Source: an uncultured delta proteobacterium
GTDB lineage: Bacteria > Desulfobacterota > Syntrophia > Syntrophales > UBA2185
Direction: 5' to 3'
Length of the DNA: 64,000 nt
Assembly (NCBI GenBank): GCA_963695875.1
Contig: CAVOID010000009.1
Span: 96,001-160,000 of the forward strand
Part shown: positions 12,115 through 21,912 of the stretch, one piece after another
How positions within the stretch are numbered: the first letter of the stretch is position 1
How the letters are laid out: every line of letters begins with the position of its first letter
The notes under the pieces: model-generated
The model's database searches: none
Told to the model about the DNA's origin: nothing
The model's input: only the letters and a program-made list of their open reading frames with translations
Translations under genes and position numbers: made by a program

Positions 12115-14195
12115 ATGAAGCGTCGCCACTCGAAGCGATTTACTAAAAATAAGTTTCACAGAAATCCTAAATCCCGCGATCATGCAAGATTACAGGCAGA
12201 CGCTGAACCGGTGCTGAAAGGGATCTTTGCAAAAATCGGAAAGCCCGTCTCGGCACCATTTGCCCCGGACATTTTTCAGCTTCGCGCACTGGAAGCCATC
12301 AGAAGGACTGATTGTCTCGTGGTTGCACCTACAGGTGCCGGGAAAACATGGATCGCCGAGCAGGCGATTCTGTCCGTCTTCAGCAGGGGCGGACGATGCT
12401 GGTATGCCTCTCCTCTGAAGGCACTGACCAATGCCAAATGGGTCGAATTCGGACTCCAGTTTGAAAGCCGGAATGTCGGCATCCTGACAGGCGACACCAA
12501 GGAAAACACCGATGCACCCATCATCGTCGGCACGACGGAAATCCTGAGAAACCAGCTCTATGATGTCATGCACCGCGGGGACGACCTGAATTGTGATCTT
12601 GTCATTCTCGATGAGGCACATTTTCTGGGAGATGACGACAGGGGCGTTGTGTGGGAGGAAGTCATGATCTACCTCCCTGTCAGGATAAATCTCCTCTTGC
12701 TGTCAGCCACCATCGGCAACGGCGATGAGATCGCCCAATGGCTTTCCACCATACGGGGAAAGGAATGCGTTGTCATTAGAGAAGAAAAGAGGCCGGTCCC
12801 TCTGTATCCCCTGTTTCTCCATCCCTCCGGGAGAATCATGCCGTACCTGGAAAAGAAAAGGCTTTTCAGGAAGATCAGCGAATTCCTCGATGAAAAACAG
12901 AACAGGAGACCATATCGCGGGAAGCCCCCTCATTTTGGGGAAATAATCAGAATTTTGGGGAAATTTCAGCTTCTGCCGGCCATCTTTTTCCTTAAATCAC
13001 GATCGGAGTGCGATGCTGCGCTGAAAACCTGCGGGAGGTTATCGGACATTGGACAAGACGATTCTTTTCATTATACCCTGGAAGAACTCATCTCCCGTTT
13101 CCCTTATCTGAAAAACCATAAACAGCTTCATTACCTTACAGACTCAAGGGTGGCCTCCCATCACGCGGGACAGCTCCCTTCCTGGAAATTTCTCGTGGAG
13201 ACAATGATGAAAAGGGGACATCTCCGCGCCATCTTCGCCACGTCCACCGTCGCGGCCGGCGTAAATTTCCCCGCAAGAACCATTGTCCTGTTCAACTCGG
13301 ATCTCTTCAACGGCCGCGAATTCAACCCTTTGACAGGGTACGGAATTTCATCAAATGACGGGAAGGGCCGGGAGGCGCGGCCAGGACAATATCGGCTTCA
13401 TGCTGGTGGTTCCCGGCAGGTTCATGGATATCCTGCATATCAGGCGTCTTCTCTTCAAGAGACCTGAAGATATTCTGAGCCAGATAAAGAATGATTTTTC
13501 CATGGTACTGAATCTCCTTTTATCCCAAACGCCGGAGGATATCAGGAGAATCTTCGAAAATTGCCTCGCGATGTATCAGCACACCCACAGAAAAAAGGGA
13601 GAATACGCGCAGACTGACAGCTCTGACCTGTGGGAAGATTTTCAGAGGCATCTGAATTTTCTCAAGGAAGAAGGATTCGTCGACGAAAATAATCGGCTTA
13701 CGGAAAACGGCTTCTGGGCATCCAAGTTGAGGCTGGATCAACCCCTGCTCATCGCCGAATGTCATAAAGCAGCAGTCTTTCCCGACCGATGATGAAAAAC
13801 TTCTGGCAGCAGTCATTGCCCCTTTTGTCTACGATGGCGATCAGAATATAAAAATGACCGAGCAAAAAACTCTCGCGAAAACTGATCCGGCTGTTACAAC
13901 CGGGTAATCACGACATTAAGGCCGCTCTCTGAACGTATGAAGGCCGCCGGATTTTCCTGTATCCCCACTCTACCTGTGGACATCTTCAGTGATTTATGAT
14001 TGGGCAAGAGGCGTTGACTGGGATGAAATCATCGAAACCGCAGGGATTTCTGACGGAGACATGGCAATGCTGGTTCTCCGAACCGCCGATAACTTACGGC
14101 AGATCACATCCCTGAAAGAAACACATCCTGAAATGGCGGAACTTGCTTTCAAGGCAAGAGAATCAATTCTGCGAGAACCGGTTATTTTCGAATAA
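12115..14195 (+). CDS. Ski2/HelY-like DEAD/DEAH-box helicase, broken by several frameshifts (~13338, ~13788, 13870-13960)
   Basis: APTGAGKT, SPLKAL, DEAH, LSAT, ATSTVAAGVNFPART, QMTGRAGRRG; C-terminal GDMAMLVLRTADNLRQ. Confidence 0.88.
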
Positions 14196-14250
14196 AGGGA
14201 AATTCTTCCCCAAAATCCAACATTATTTTCAAACCATTAAAAAATGCTAT

Positions 14251-14325
14251 TGCCATTTTAAAAAGCTCTACTCCTGTCATTTCGAAAAACATCACTCCTG
14301 TCATTTAGACCGGAGGGAGAAATCT
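14251..14325 (+). repeat. 24-bp tandem repeat ending in a REP-like unit
   Basis: tgccattttaaaaagctctactcc / tgtcatttcgaaaaacatcactcc / tgtcatttagaccggagggagaaatct. Confidence 0.6.
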
Positions 14326-14441
14326 TGAAACTGGCATGAAGTAATTGTTTTTCCAAAAGCCTCATATATTTGTTGCTTGACTTTTTCGTCAACAATAGGA
14401 TAAAAGGCACGATTCTTAAACAATTTCTTTTACACCTCAAC

Positions 14442-14517
14442 GTCCCCATCGTCTAGAGGCCTAGGACACCGGCCTTTCACGCCGGTAACCGGGGTTCGAA
14501 TCCCCGTGGGGACGCCA
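14442..14517 (+). tRNA. tRNA-Glu (TTC)
   Basis: 76-nt cloverleaf GTCCCCA...TGGGGAC-G-CCA; anticodon arm CCGGC-CT-TTC-AC-GCCGG; GGTTCGAATCC T-arm. Confidence 0.98.
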
Positions 14518-14845
14518 AGTAATGAATACAATTATTCATAAGTTTTTTCTTTAACCCATTTTACATTGGTATCCGATAAGACCCCACCATATACCCCACC
14601 AAGAAGATATAAATTGATAAATATTACAAACAGCGTCATGATAAATTTTTGCGCAGATGATCAGGTGCTATCCATGCCACCCCTCCTTCCTGAAATCGAT
14701 TAAACTGCCTTTATCGCGGGCATGCCTCCCTAGTAATATCAATGAACGGCCCTTATGTACCCCTTCCTTACTTTCAACAAGCTCTCACATGCGTATCAGT
14801 GGAAACCGAACAGCGATAATTGCCATATATAATAAGAAAATTTTC

Positions 14846-14874
14846 TTGACATTCAAAAAACCTGCCCTTATATT
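14846..14874 (+). promoter_or_regulatory. Sigma70-type promoter for the 14947 gene
   Basis: TTGACA (14846-14851), 17 bp, TATATT (14869-14874). Confidence 0.6.
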
Positions 14875-14946
14875 TCCCTAACGGAACGGCAATATATTAT
14901 CAATAAAGCATTACGGTAACGTTACTTGTAACATGGGAGTGTTCTT

Positions 14947-15363
14947 ATGGGAACGGGAAAAGAGCGGATTCGCAGATGGCGCGAACGAAATAAGACAGAG
15001 GGCAGGCAATCTGTCACAATTGTCATCTCTAAAAAGGCATATTATGTTCTAAGTAAAGAAAAAGAAAAGACAGGTGACAATTATGGTACCATAGTAGAAA
15101 AGGCACTCCTGAACATGAAAAGACATCCGTCTTTGATGGGTAACGTTACAAGTAACGTGTCGGGTAGTGTCGAAAGCAACGCGATTGTTCCGACTGTAAC
15201 TGTTACGACTAAGAAGCTCATTGATGAAGGCGATTACCCCACCAGCATAAATCATTCTCGATCCAGGAATGAAGGAATCATTTTCGACGGCGCAGAAACG
15301 CGGAATTATGGTTTTTTCACGCGTATTTTAAAAAATTCCAGAAGGAAACTCTTCATACGTTGA
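14947..15363 (+). CDS. Putative DNA-binding protein (ribbon-helix-helix-like N-terminus)
   Basis: RIRRWRERNK followed by alternating strand SVTIVIS and two helices; GGAG RBS. Confidence 0.55.
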   Translation: MGTGKERIRRWRERNKTEGRQSVTIVISKKAYYVLSKEKEKTGDNYGTIVEKALLNMKRHPSLMGNVTSNVSGSVESNAIVPTVTVTTKKLIDEGDYPTSINHSRSRNEGIIFDGAETRNYGFFTRILKNSRRKLFIR

Positions 15364-15439
15364 GGCACGTGTAAAACACAGCATGAGGGCAATCCTTGAC
15401 CCACCTGAGGTCTGTGACGCCCCCTTCTTGAAGACCTTG

Positions 15440-15979
15440 TCAGAATTTGGTCCGCGTTAATTTGATCACAGAATCTGATTTTTTCTCCCCCTTTTCATAA
15501 AGTGACCAAGTTTGAGTGATACTGTCTTTGCTGTCAAAAGAAATTTTGAGAGAGTGCATATGAGTTTCCTTTACCGAGGCAAGGTTTGGATACTTTTCGG
15601 AAAGGACAAACATCATATTGGTCTCACCGTGGTTCATGAGTTCCATACGAGGTTGGTTTCCCAGCGAGCAGTAGTGGGTCATGGTTAATTTGCCGTTGAA
15701 ATCATAATAAACCGTGACCATCTCATGGGGAAGTCCGACAAAGAGTCTCTCAAGGATGGCGCTTCCAGCCGAGGTAAGTTCATAAGTGGCCTTGATTGTC
15801 TGCGGTCCTTTTCCCATATCAGTTGTCCCTTGCCAAACACCAACGAGCTCTTTCATCTTTTCAAAGTCTCTGGAATGGGTAACGGCGTCCACCTTGTACT
15901 CTCCGGCTTCGCTCATCCAGACATGACTTAAAGGCACAATCAATCCCAGTATCAAAACAATCAAAAGAAATCTTTTCAT
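15440..15979 (-). CDS. Exported hypothetical protein (THYCSLGNQPRM motif)
   Basis: Signal peptide, strong AGGAGG RBS. Confidence 0.8.
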   Translation of the reverse strand: MKRFLLIVLILGLIVPLSHVWMSEAGEYKVDAVTHSRDFEKMKELVGVWQGTTDMGKGPQTIKATYELTSAGSAILERLFVGLPHEMVTVYYDFNGKLTMTHYCSLGNQPRMELMNHGETNMMFVLSEKYPNLASVKETHMHSLKISFDSKDSITQTWSLYEKGEKKSDSVIKLTRTKF

Positions 15980-16366
15980 CCTTATTCTCCTCCTTGTTTT
16001 TAATGAAGTCCCCGGAGGAATATTGAGAATATCAATCCTTCCTCCTTAATTATCCTATTAAAGAAACACACTGGTTGTTTGCAATAGTGGATAGCCTGAT
16101 ATTCGATTTCTAAATCCTTTAGAGAATAATCAGGGAATGGAGAATAGACATACTGGATCATAGGAGTGCGCTACATCTGACAGAAAGTTGTATGAAAAGC
16201 CAAAACTCGGTTTGCAATTTGTCGGGTAGGAGCCTACCGTAGGCATATACTACTAAACGTTTTAAAAAGTCTATATGTTACTGATTATAGAATCGTCGAC
16301 AAGCTTTTGATCAATCATATGGATTTTGCTGCCTTCTTATTTCCGTTCAGCAACTATGGACCATAT

Positions 16367-17323
16367 TCATACAAACCTGATTGCCAGTCTTTCGCAATGG
16401 GGTGCGCAGTATCCGCACAGGATACATAGTTCGTGGTCAACTTTCGCCTTCCCATCCATCAATGAGAGGGCCTGGTTATCACAATGTGCCAGGCATTCGC
16501 CGCAGCCGATACATACTATTTCCAATATGTTTAGCCGCTTAGTATTAAGAGAAGTCTTCTGCGACAATTCTTCACTTATGGAAAGGCCGGAAGCAAAGCG
16601 GACATTCCATTCAACCTCAAGCGGCGTTACCATACCCACCGCGACGGCATCTATCGCGCTCTGATCGAAAATAAATTGGAAAGCCTTCTCCCGTTCGGAG
16701 ACAAAATTTCCCCCAGCCAGGGATTTCATCGCATAGATAAACTTGCCCGCGGAATGAGCTTCCTGTATGACATGAAGCATTTCGTCGGCTGTCCCGTCTA
16801 TAATACCCATCCCTTTCATATTTATGAGCGGGTGAATGACATCAATTTCAGGGTGACGAGCCGCATCACGGACGCTTTGTATGGTATGCGAACTTATGCC
16901 TACCATCCCAATGAGTCCTTTTTGACGCGCTGTGACAAGAGCATCGAGAGTCGGCCCCCACAGTTCCTCTGTAAAAGGAGTACGTGCGCAATGGCACAGC
17001 ATTATATCTATCGTCTCACGACCAAGTTCCTTCAACGCAATCGCGATATGCTTTTCAGCTATGTCTCGATCTTTCTGGGCGTGCGTCTTTGTGGCTATGG
17101 TCACTATCCCCTTCCAACCTTTGAGTCCGCGGACAATGTGCTCATACGTACGGTACATAGTAGCGGTGTCAATAAAATTGATCCCGCTCTCAACGGCCGA
17201 CCGTACCACTTCGGCTCCCTGTTGCGGGGAAAGAGTGCGTTGAAGAGGGCCCATCGGCAGCGCACCCAAACCCAGGCGGGTGACAGACCTGCCCAATTTC
17301 GGTATGTAGCGGGTTTCAAGCAT
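16367..17323 (-). CDS. Aldo/keto reductase with C-terminal 2x[4Fe-4S] ferredoxin domain
   Basis: GINFIDTATMY, IATKT, GISSH, AMKSLAGG; CIGCGEC..C and CILCGYC..C; the ORF-track extension to 17458 lies in a repeat element. Confidence 0.9.
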   Translation of the reverse strand: MLETRYIPKLGRSVTRLGLGALPMGPLQRTLSPQQGAEVVRSAVESGINFIDTATMYRTYEHIVRGLKGWKGIVTIATKTHAQKDRDIAEKHIAIALKELGRETIDIMLCHCARTPFTEELWGPTLDALVTARQKGLIGMVGISSHTIQSVRDAARHPEIDVIHPLINMKGMGIIDGTADEMLHVIQEAHSAGKFIYAMKSLAGGNFVSEREKAFQFIFDQSAIDAVAVGMVTPLEVEWNVRFASGLSISEELSQKTSLNTKRLNILEIVCIGCGECLAHCDNQALSLMDGKAKVDHELCILCGYCAPHCERLAIRFV

Positions 17324-17340
17324 ATGTATCACTCTTCGAT

Positions 17341-17458
17341 TTGAAGCTCTCCGCAGTAAGCTGCGGAGAATCTTCGATCCACAAGGAATAATATTGTTCC
17401 CCATTCGCTCGCTTACCCCGCAGCAAGCTACGGAGAATGCGCTCGCTGCCGGATTCAA
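17341..17458. mobile_element. MITE-like element copy 1 (118 bp, TTGAA...TTCAA ends, two internal hairpins)
   Basis: Highly similar to 56393-56509; hairpins CTCCGCAG-taag-CTGCGGAG and CCGCAG-caag-CTACGG. Confidence 0.75.
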
Positions 17459-17750
17459 GATATCGTTTCAATACAAACCTGTAACTCTTTGGATACCATC
17501 CTGCATTGATTCGAGCAAACCGGTTTCTCCCGGTACTTCATTTTGATGTTTGTTTTAACGGCATTTAAAATCTTGCATACTTATCAGAATTCGTCAATTG
17601 AAGAGTTCAGGGCGCAAATTTTTCGAAGGCAGAATAAAATTTAAAATCGGTAGAATCAAAAAACTGAGATATACATTGTACCAGGCGCAGTGATATTATA
17701 TTGATCTGATCAGAGATAAAGATGCGTCAAAAAAAATAGGAGGACATGCG

Positions 17751-19316
17751 ATGCGTAGTACCATTATCATAGTAGGGGCCGGTCTCGCAGGTATGGTCGC
17801 AGCATATGTAGCTCAGCAAGGTGGAGCTGATGTGGTATTGGTAGACAGGGGACCAACCGGGATTGGAACCAACTCGTCTCTTGCAAACGGAGTTTTTGCC
17901 GGGCCAACTCATCACTATGGTATTAATGCATATGTACAGGATACACTAGAGACGGGGAGGCATATTAACAGCCAATCTGTCGTGAGGCTTGTCGCGCAAG
18001 AAGCTCCAGGCGCTTTTAAGTTCCTCCGTTCATTAGGCCTCGTCCTCAGGGAAACCTCTAACCACCATATTGTAGAATCCCCATTGCCAGGTGTCATCCC
18101 CGGGATCATACTGATGAAGAAGCTATCTGAAACCCTGAAAAGTCTGGAAAGGATACGTATCATAAAGGGCTTCTATGTAACTGAGATTCTGGTCAGAGAA
18201 AACCAGGCTCGCGGCGTAAAAGGCATCAACGGAAAAGGGGAAGAGATTTCAATCCCATCCCCGGCTGTTGTGCTGGCCGCAGGAGGCGCAGGGGCTATTT
18301 ATCTGAGAAACGACAATCAGAAGAAAATACTGGGACAAGGGTATTATTTGGCTGCCAAAACCGGCCTTCATTTATGGGACATGGAGTTCGTTCAGTTCTA
18401 TCCCCTGGTGATTGCCGAACCCGGTCTGCCTCAAATGCTTGTCTATCCACCTTACCCGGTTGAAGCAAGACTCATCAATGCATCCGGTGAAGACATAATA
18501 GGAAAATACAATCTTGGCGATATTAACAGAGCGATCAGAAAAAAAAGGGATGAAATTTCCGCGTTGCTTTTCGAAGAGAGTCAGATTGGTCCTATATATA
18601 TGGATTTTCGTGATGTCCCCGGGCCTTCATGGGAAACCCATCCTCTCAGCCTTCTGAAGAGAATAAGGTTTGATTTCCGTTCAAAACGCGTTGCCGTAGC
18701 ACCCGCCGCTCATTTTTTTATGGGGGGTGTGCGTACGGATAACAATGGACAGACTGATATAAAAGGCCTCTTCGCGTGCGGAGAAGTAGTTTGGGGGCTT
18801 CACGGCGCAAATAGAATGGGTGGAAACGCCCTTACAGAATGTGTGGCAACCGGCAGTATTGCAGGCAGGCACGCCGCACAGTACTGCCGAAACTTTCCGG
18901 TGGATTCTTTGCATCGTGAAGAGATTACGAAAGCTTCAGTTCCCCGGCGGCCGCCGTCAAAGGTTGATTTCAGAGGGCTACTAAGAATTACAAGAGAGAT
19001 CGCCTGGAATTATGCGGGAGTTGTACGATCTGAGGCATGCATGCAAGAAGGCATTGCAAAAGTTGCTGAGGCAAAGGGGCGATTTAGGGAAATGATCCCA
19101 AATAATCCGGCAGAAAGAATTCTCATGGAGGATCTGATGAGCGCTCTTTTTACGCTCGAAGCGATACTTGCAGCAAGTCTGGGCAGACAGGAAAGTCGTG
19201 GAAGCTTTATTCACAAGGATTTCCCTGATGAAGATAATGTCAACTGGCGCAAAAATTCTTGTCTGCGGTATTCTCCGGAAGAAGGAAGTTTTAGTGTAGA
19301 CTATTATGCGGGTTAG
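17751..19316 (+). CDS. FAD-dependent oxidoreductase, SdhA/FrdA/NadB flavoprotein family
   Basis: GAGLAG, DMEFVQFYP, HFFMGG, GLHGANRMGGNAL and RQESRG motifs; no adjacent Fe-S subunit. Confidence 0.85.
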   Translation: MRSTIIIVGAGLAGMVAAYVAQQGGADVVLVDRGPTGIGTNSSLANGVFAGPTHHYGINAYVQDTLETGRHINSQSVVRLVAQEAPGAFKFLRSLGLVLRETSNHHIVESPLPGVIPGIILMKKLSETLKSLERIRIIKGFYVTEILVRENQARGVKGINGKGEEISIPSPAVVLAAGGAGAIYLRNDNQKKILGQGYYLAAKTGLHLWDMEFVQFYPLVIAEPGLPQMLVYPPYPVEARLINASGEDIIGKYNLGDINRAIRKKRDEISALLFEESQIGPIYMDFRDVPGPSWETHPLSLLKRIRFDFRSKRVAVAPAAHFFMGGVRTDNNGQTDIKGLFACGEVVWGLHGANRMGGNALTECVATGSIAGRHAAQYCRNFPVDSLHREEITKASVPRRPPSKVDFRGLLRITREIAWNYAGVVRSEACMQEGIAKVAEAKGRFREMIPNNPAERILMEDLMSALFTLEAILAASLGRQESRGSFIHKDFPDEDNVNWRKNSCLRYSPEEGSFSVDYYAG

Positions 19317-19340
19317 CTAGGGACATGAATACCGCTGTCG

Positions 19341-19754
19341 TTATTTAATTTTTCCGGTACCCGACATGCTCAACGAGCCATGCTTGACTCCCTTGAGAGC
19401 TTTTAAGGTATCGGCAAGTTTGCTGACCTTCCCGTAATTTCCTTTTACGGCCACGATCTCCAGGCAGTTATGATGATCCAGATGAATATGCTGTGATGAT
19501 TGTATAATGTCCTGATGATCGTGCTGGACGTCAATAATTTTATTCAAGAGGTCCCGCTGATGATGGTCATAGATGAAGGTTATCGCGCCTGCGACTTCCC
19601 GGTCTTCTTCCAACTCTTTCTTCAGCAATTCCTGGCGGATCAAATCGCGAATGGCTTCCGACCGGTTTGTGTATTTTCGCCTCTTGATAAGGTTGTCGAA
19701 ATTGGCAAGCAAGGCCTTTTCCAAGGAGATCCCGAATCTGATTATGTCAGACAT
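19341..19754 (-). CDS. nikR: Nickel-responsive regulator NikR
   Basis: RFGISL ribbon, NRSEAIRDLIR, YDHH and HIHLDHHNCLE Ni ligands. Confidence 0.97.
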   Translation of the reverse strand: MSDIIRFGISLEKALLANFDNLIKRRKYTNRSEAIRDLIRQELLKKELEEDREVAGAITFIYDHHQRDLLNKIIDVQHDHQDIIQSSQHIHLDHHNCLEIVAVKGNYGKVSKLADTLKALKGVKHGSLSMSGTGKIK

Positions 19755-19765
19755 ATCTTACTCCG

Positions 19766-19792
19766 GTGTTGTTCATGGCTTATTCGTAATAC
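19766..19792. promoter_or_regulatory. Putative NikR box (autoregulation)
   Basis: GTGTTGT-N13-GTAATAC, same geometry as the perfect box at 45970; adjacent to the nikR RBS. Confidence 0.6.
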
Positions 19793-19995
19793 ATCCATGT
19801 CGGCCTGTCAAACGGTACTTGTATGACCATCAGTGCACACCATAACATTATTTCAACCGGCAGCCATTTTACTCTAAAGTATAATTCCTTAGTTTTCAAC
19901 GTCTAAATGTTACCCGTGGCAGCTTAAAGATGCGGGTTTTCATTGGTATAAAGAGGATAAATTGCGCATCAAACCTTATTTTATCCTTTTTATAA

Positions 19996-20063
19996 GTAGC
20001 TTATACCTACCATTGCACTACTATTTTATCATCATTGCCTTACATCGATAAGCACACTAATCT
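19996..20063 (+). promoter_or_regulatory. Conserved activator-dependent promoter copy A (usp-usp)
   Basis: GTAG-N7-CTACCATT-N8-ATTTTATC-ATC-A, -35 TTGCCT, N17, -10 TAATCT. Confidence 0.8.
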
Positions 20064-20142
20064 GCGACCAGAAGATTATTCCAAGGCATTTCGCATGATA
20101 AAATATGTTCTGGAAAAATTACTTTAACTAAAGAAGATAATT

Positions 20143-20595
20143 ATGTTTGTCCCAAAACGTATTCTTGTTCCGACGGACTTTTCCAATTACGCATCATACG
20201 CGCTGAAGCATGCCATTGATATTGCCAAACAGTATCAAGCGGAGATACACCTGCTTCACGTGATTGATGAGAAAATACAGCAGTGTCTCGTCGATTACTG
20301 CCTCAGCGATGCCATAATGGAGCAAATTGCGAAGGAAAGTGTAAAGACGTCTACTGAAAAACTCCAGCAGGAGGCACTCCGCGTGACTGATGCCAATCCG
20401 GGCGTGGAGATTTCCTACAATGTAAGGCAGGGGGTCCCCTATGAGGAGATCATGAACGAGCAGGAGGAGAAAAAAATAGATTTGATTGTGATTGCCTCCC
20501 ACGGCAAGACGGGAAGCCTGAAACATCTCATGGGCAGTGTTGCCGAAAAGGTTTTAAACGGAGCCAAGTCTCAGGTTCTCCTGGTCAAAAGTTGA
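20143..20595 (+). CDS. Universal stress protein
   Basis: ILVPTDFS, DLIVIASHG and MGSVAEKV USP motifs. Confidence 0.95.
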   Translation: MFVPKRILVPTDFSNYASYALKHAIDIAKQYQAEIHLLHVIDEKIQQCLVDYCLSDAIMEQIAKESVKTSTEKLQQEALRVTDANPGVEISYNVRQGVPYEEIMNEQEEKKIDLIVIASHGKTGSLKHLMGSVAEKVLNGAKSQVLLVKS

Positions 20596-20657
20596 AGGAT
20601 ATTTTAATTTCAGGAAAATAAAGATAGGCGCATACAAAATAAAAAAAGGGAAACGTT

Positions 20658-21110
20658 ATGTTTGAGCCTAAAAATATTTTAGTGCCGACGGATTTTTCCG
20701 CCTATGCTGACAAGGCGCTGAGAATAGCTGTCGAGATCGCAAAAAAGTATAACGCAAAGATTTACCTTCTGCATGTCATCAGTGAAGTATTGTATGAGTG
20801 CGGTGTTGATTATTGTCTGAGTAACGCGGATTTGCTGGAGATAGAACAGGTGAGTATGAAAACTTCTACAGATAAACTGCAGGAAGAAGTTAAGAGAATT
20901 AAAGCCTCTTCTGAAGGGTTAGATATAATCTTCGATATAAAGAGGGGGCACCCTTATGAGACGATATTAAACGAACAGGATGACAAAAAGATAGATCTGA
21001 TTGTGATTGCATCACACGGAAGAACCGGGCTCATGAAGCATCTCATCGGCAGTGTTGCCGAAAGGGTTTTAAGGGGAGCCAAGTGTAATGTCCTATTGGT
21101 TAAAAGTTGA
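20658..21110 (+). CDS. Universal stress protein (tandem paralog)
   Basis: ILVPTDFS, DLIVIASHG, IGSVAERV; same length as its neighbour. Confidence 0.95.
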   Translation: MFEPKNILVPTDFSAYADKALRIAVEIAKKYNAKIYLLHVISEVLYECGVDYCLSNADLLEIEQVSMKTSTDKLQEEVKRIKASSEGLDIIFDIKRGHPYETILNEQDDKKIDLIVIASHGRTGLMKHLIGSVAERVLRGAKCNVLLVKS

Positions 21111-21122
21111 CAAGCAGTTTGG

Positions 21123-21247
21123 GGATCATATCCGATGAAGCTGCCGGCATATCGAGGATTCAGGGAGTCAAGGATTCAACGGAATGGTTCAAAGATTTGA
21201 ACCCTCGAATACTGGAATCCTTTTTGTAACTGAATGTGAGAAGAACC
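21123..21247. mobile_element. Degenerate MITE-like element with GGATTCA repeats
   Basis: Right 51 bp (21197-21247) closely matches 39758-39808; imperfect terminal inverted repeat GGATCATATC...GAGAAGAACC. Confidence 0.5.
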
Positions 21248-21281
21248 TAAATTAATCTAAACTAAGTAAGAGGAGGTAATC

Positions 21282-21740
21282 ATGAGCAAGAAAGTCATAG
21301 ATTTATTAAACGCTGCGCGATCAAGAGAACTTACCGCTATCCTGCAGTATATGAACCAGCATTACGAATTGGAAGATAAAGACTTTGGCAAGCTCGCAAA
21401 AAAAATGAAAGAAATTGCCATCCAGGAAATGAAACATGCTGAAGCACTGGCTGAAAGGATTCTGTTTTTGAAAGGGACCCCCAATTACAAGCCCGATGCG
21501 GAAGTAGTGAAGGGGCAGGATATTACGGCCATGCTGGTTACAGATACGAAGCTGGAAAACTATGCCATCAAAATGTACAATGAGGCCTCCGCGATCTGTG
21601 CCGCCGAGAATGACCAGATCTCCAAAAATCTCTTTGAAAAACTTCTGGGTGAAGAGGAAGACCATCTCAACTTCTTTGAGAATACCGGAGAGCACGTGGA
21701 AAAACTTGGTGCGGCTTACGTGGCAACCTTGGCTGATTAA
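21282..21740 (+). CDS. bfr: Bacterioferritin
   Basis: ELTAILQYM, EMKHAE (heme Met, ExxH) and EEEDH ferroxidase motifs. Confidence 0.9.
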   Translation: MSKKVIDLLNAARSRELTAILQYMNQHYELEDKDFGKLAKKMKEIAIQEMKHAEALAERILFLKGTPNYKPDAEVVKGQDITAMLVTDTKLENYAIKMYNEASAICAAENDQISKNLFEKLLGEEEDHLNFFENTGEHVEKLGAAYVATLAD

Positions 21741-21783
21741 TCACGAAGTTCTATCAGTTGATATCCGAAATAATCTATCTACG

Positions 21784-21822
21784 GAGTATATTCTGTGGCT
21801 ATAAAAGCCACAGGGTATACTC
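21784..21822 (+). terminator. Hairpin after bfr
   Basis: GAGTATATTCTGTGGCT-ataaa-AGCCACAGGGTATACTC followed by T-rich sequence. Confidence 0.55.
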
Positions 21823-21912
21823 TTATATCTCTTCTTTGTCTGTACCAAGAAATGACAGAGAATCATTAAAATATAATGTAGAAGAGGAAACTCTTATCAA
21901 ACGGAGAAATTC

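Noticed and set aside
9201..13800. Programmed frameshifting or selenocysteine readthrough in the split genes
   Set aside because: Breaks are frame changes, not in-frame TGA at Cys positions; no consistent slippery sites; explained by single inserted bases
14251..14325. Short periodic repeats as a CRISPR array
   Set aside because: 24-nt period leaves no unique spacers, repeats are degenerate and no cas genes are in the window
16225..16245. GGTAG-GAGC-CTACC palindrome resembling the regulon box
   Set aside because: Spacer is 4 rather than 7 bp, and the second site and -35/-10 geometry are missing
17324..17458. 45-aa N-terminal extension of the aldo/keto reductase in the ORF track
   Set aside because: It is mostly the translated MITE-like repeat; homology starts at MLETRY (17323)
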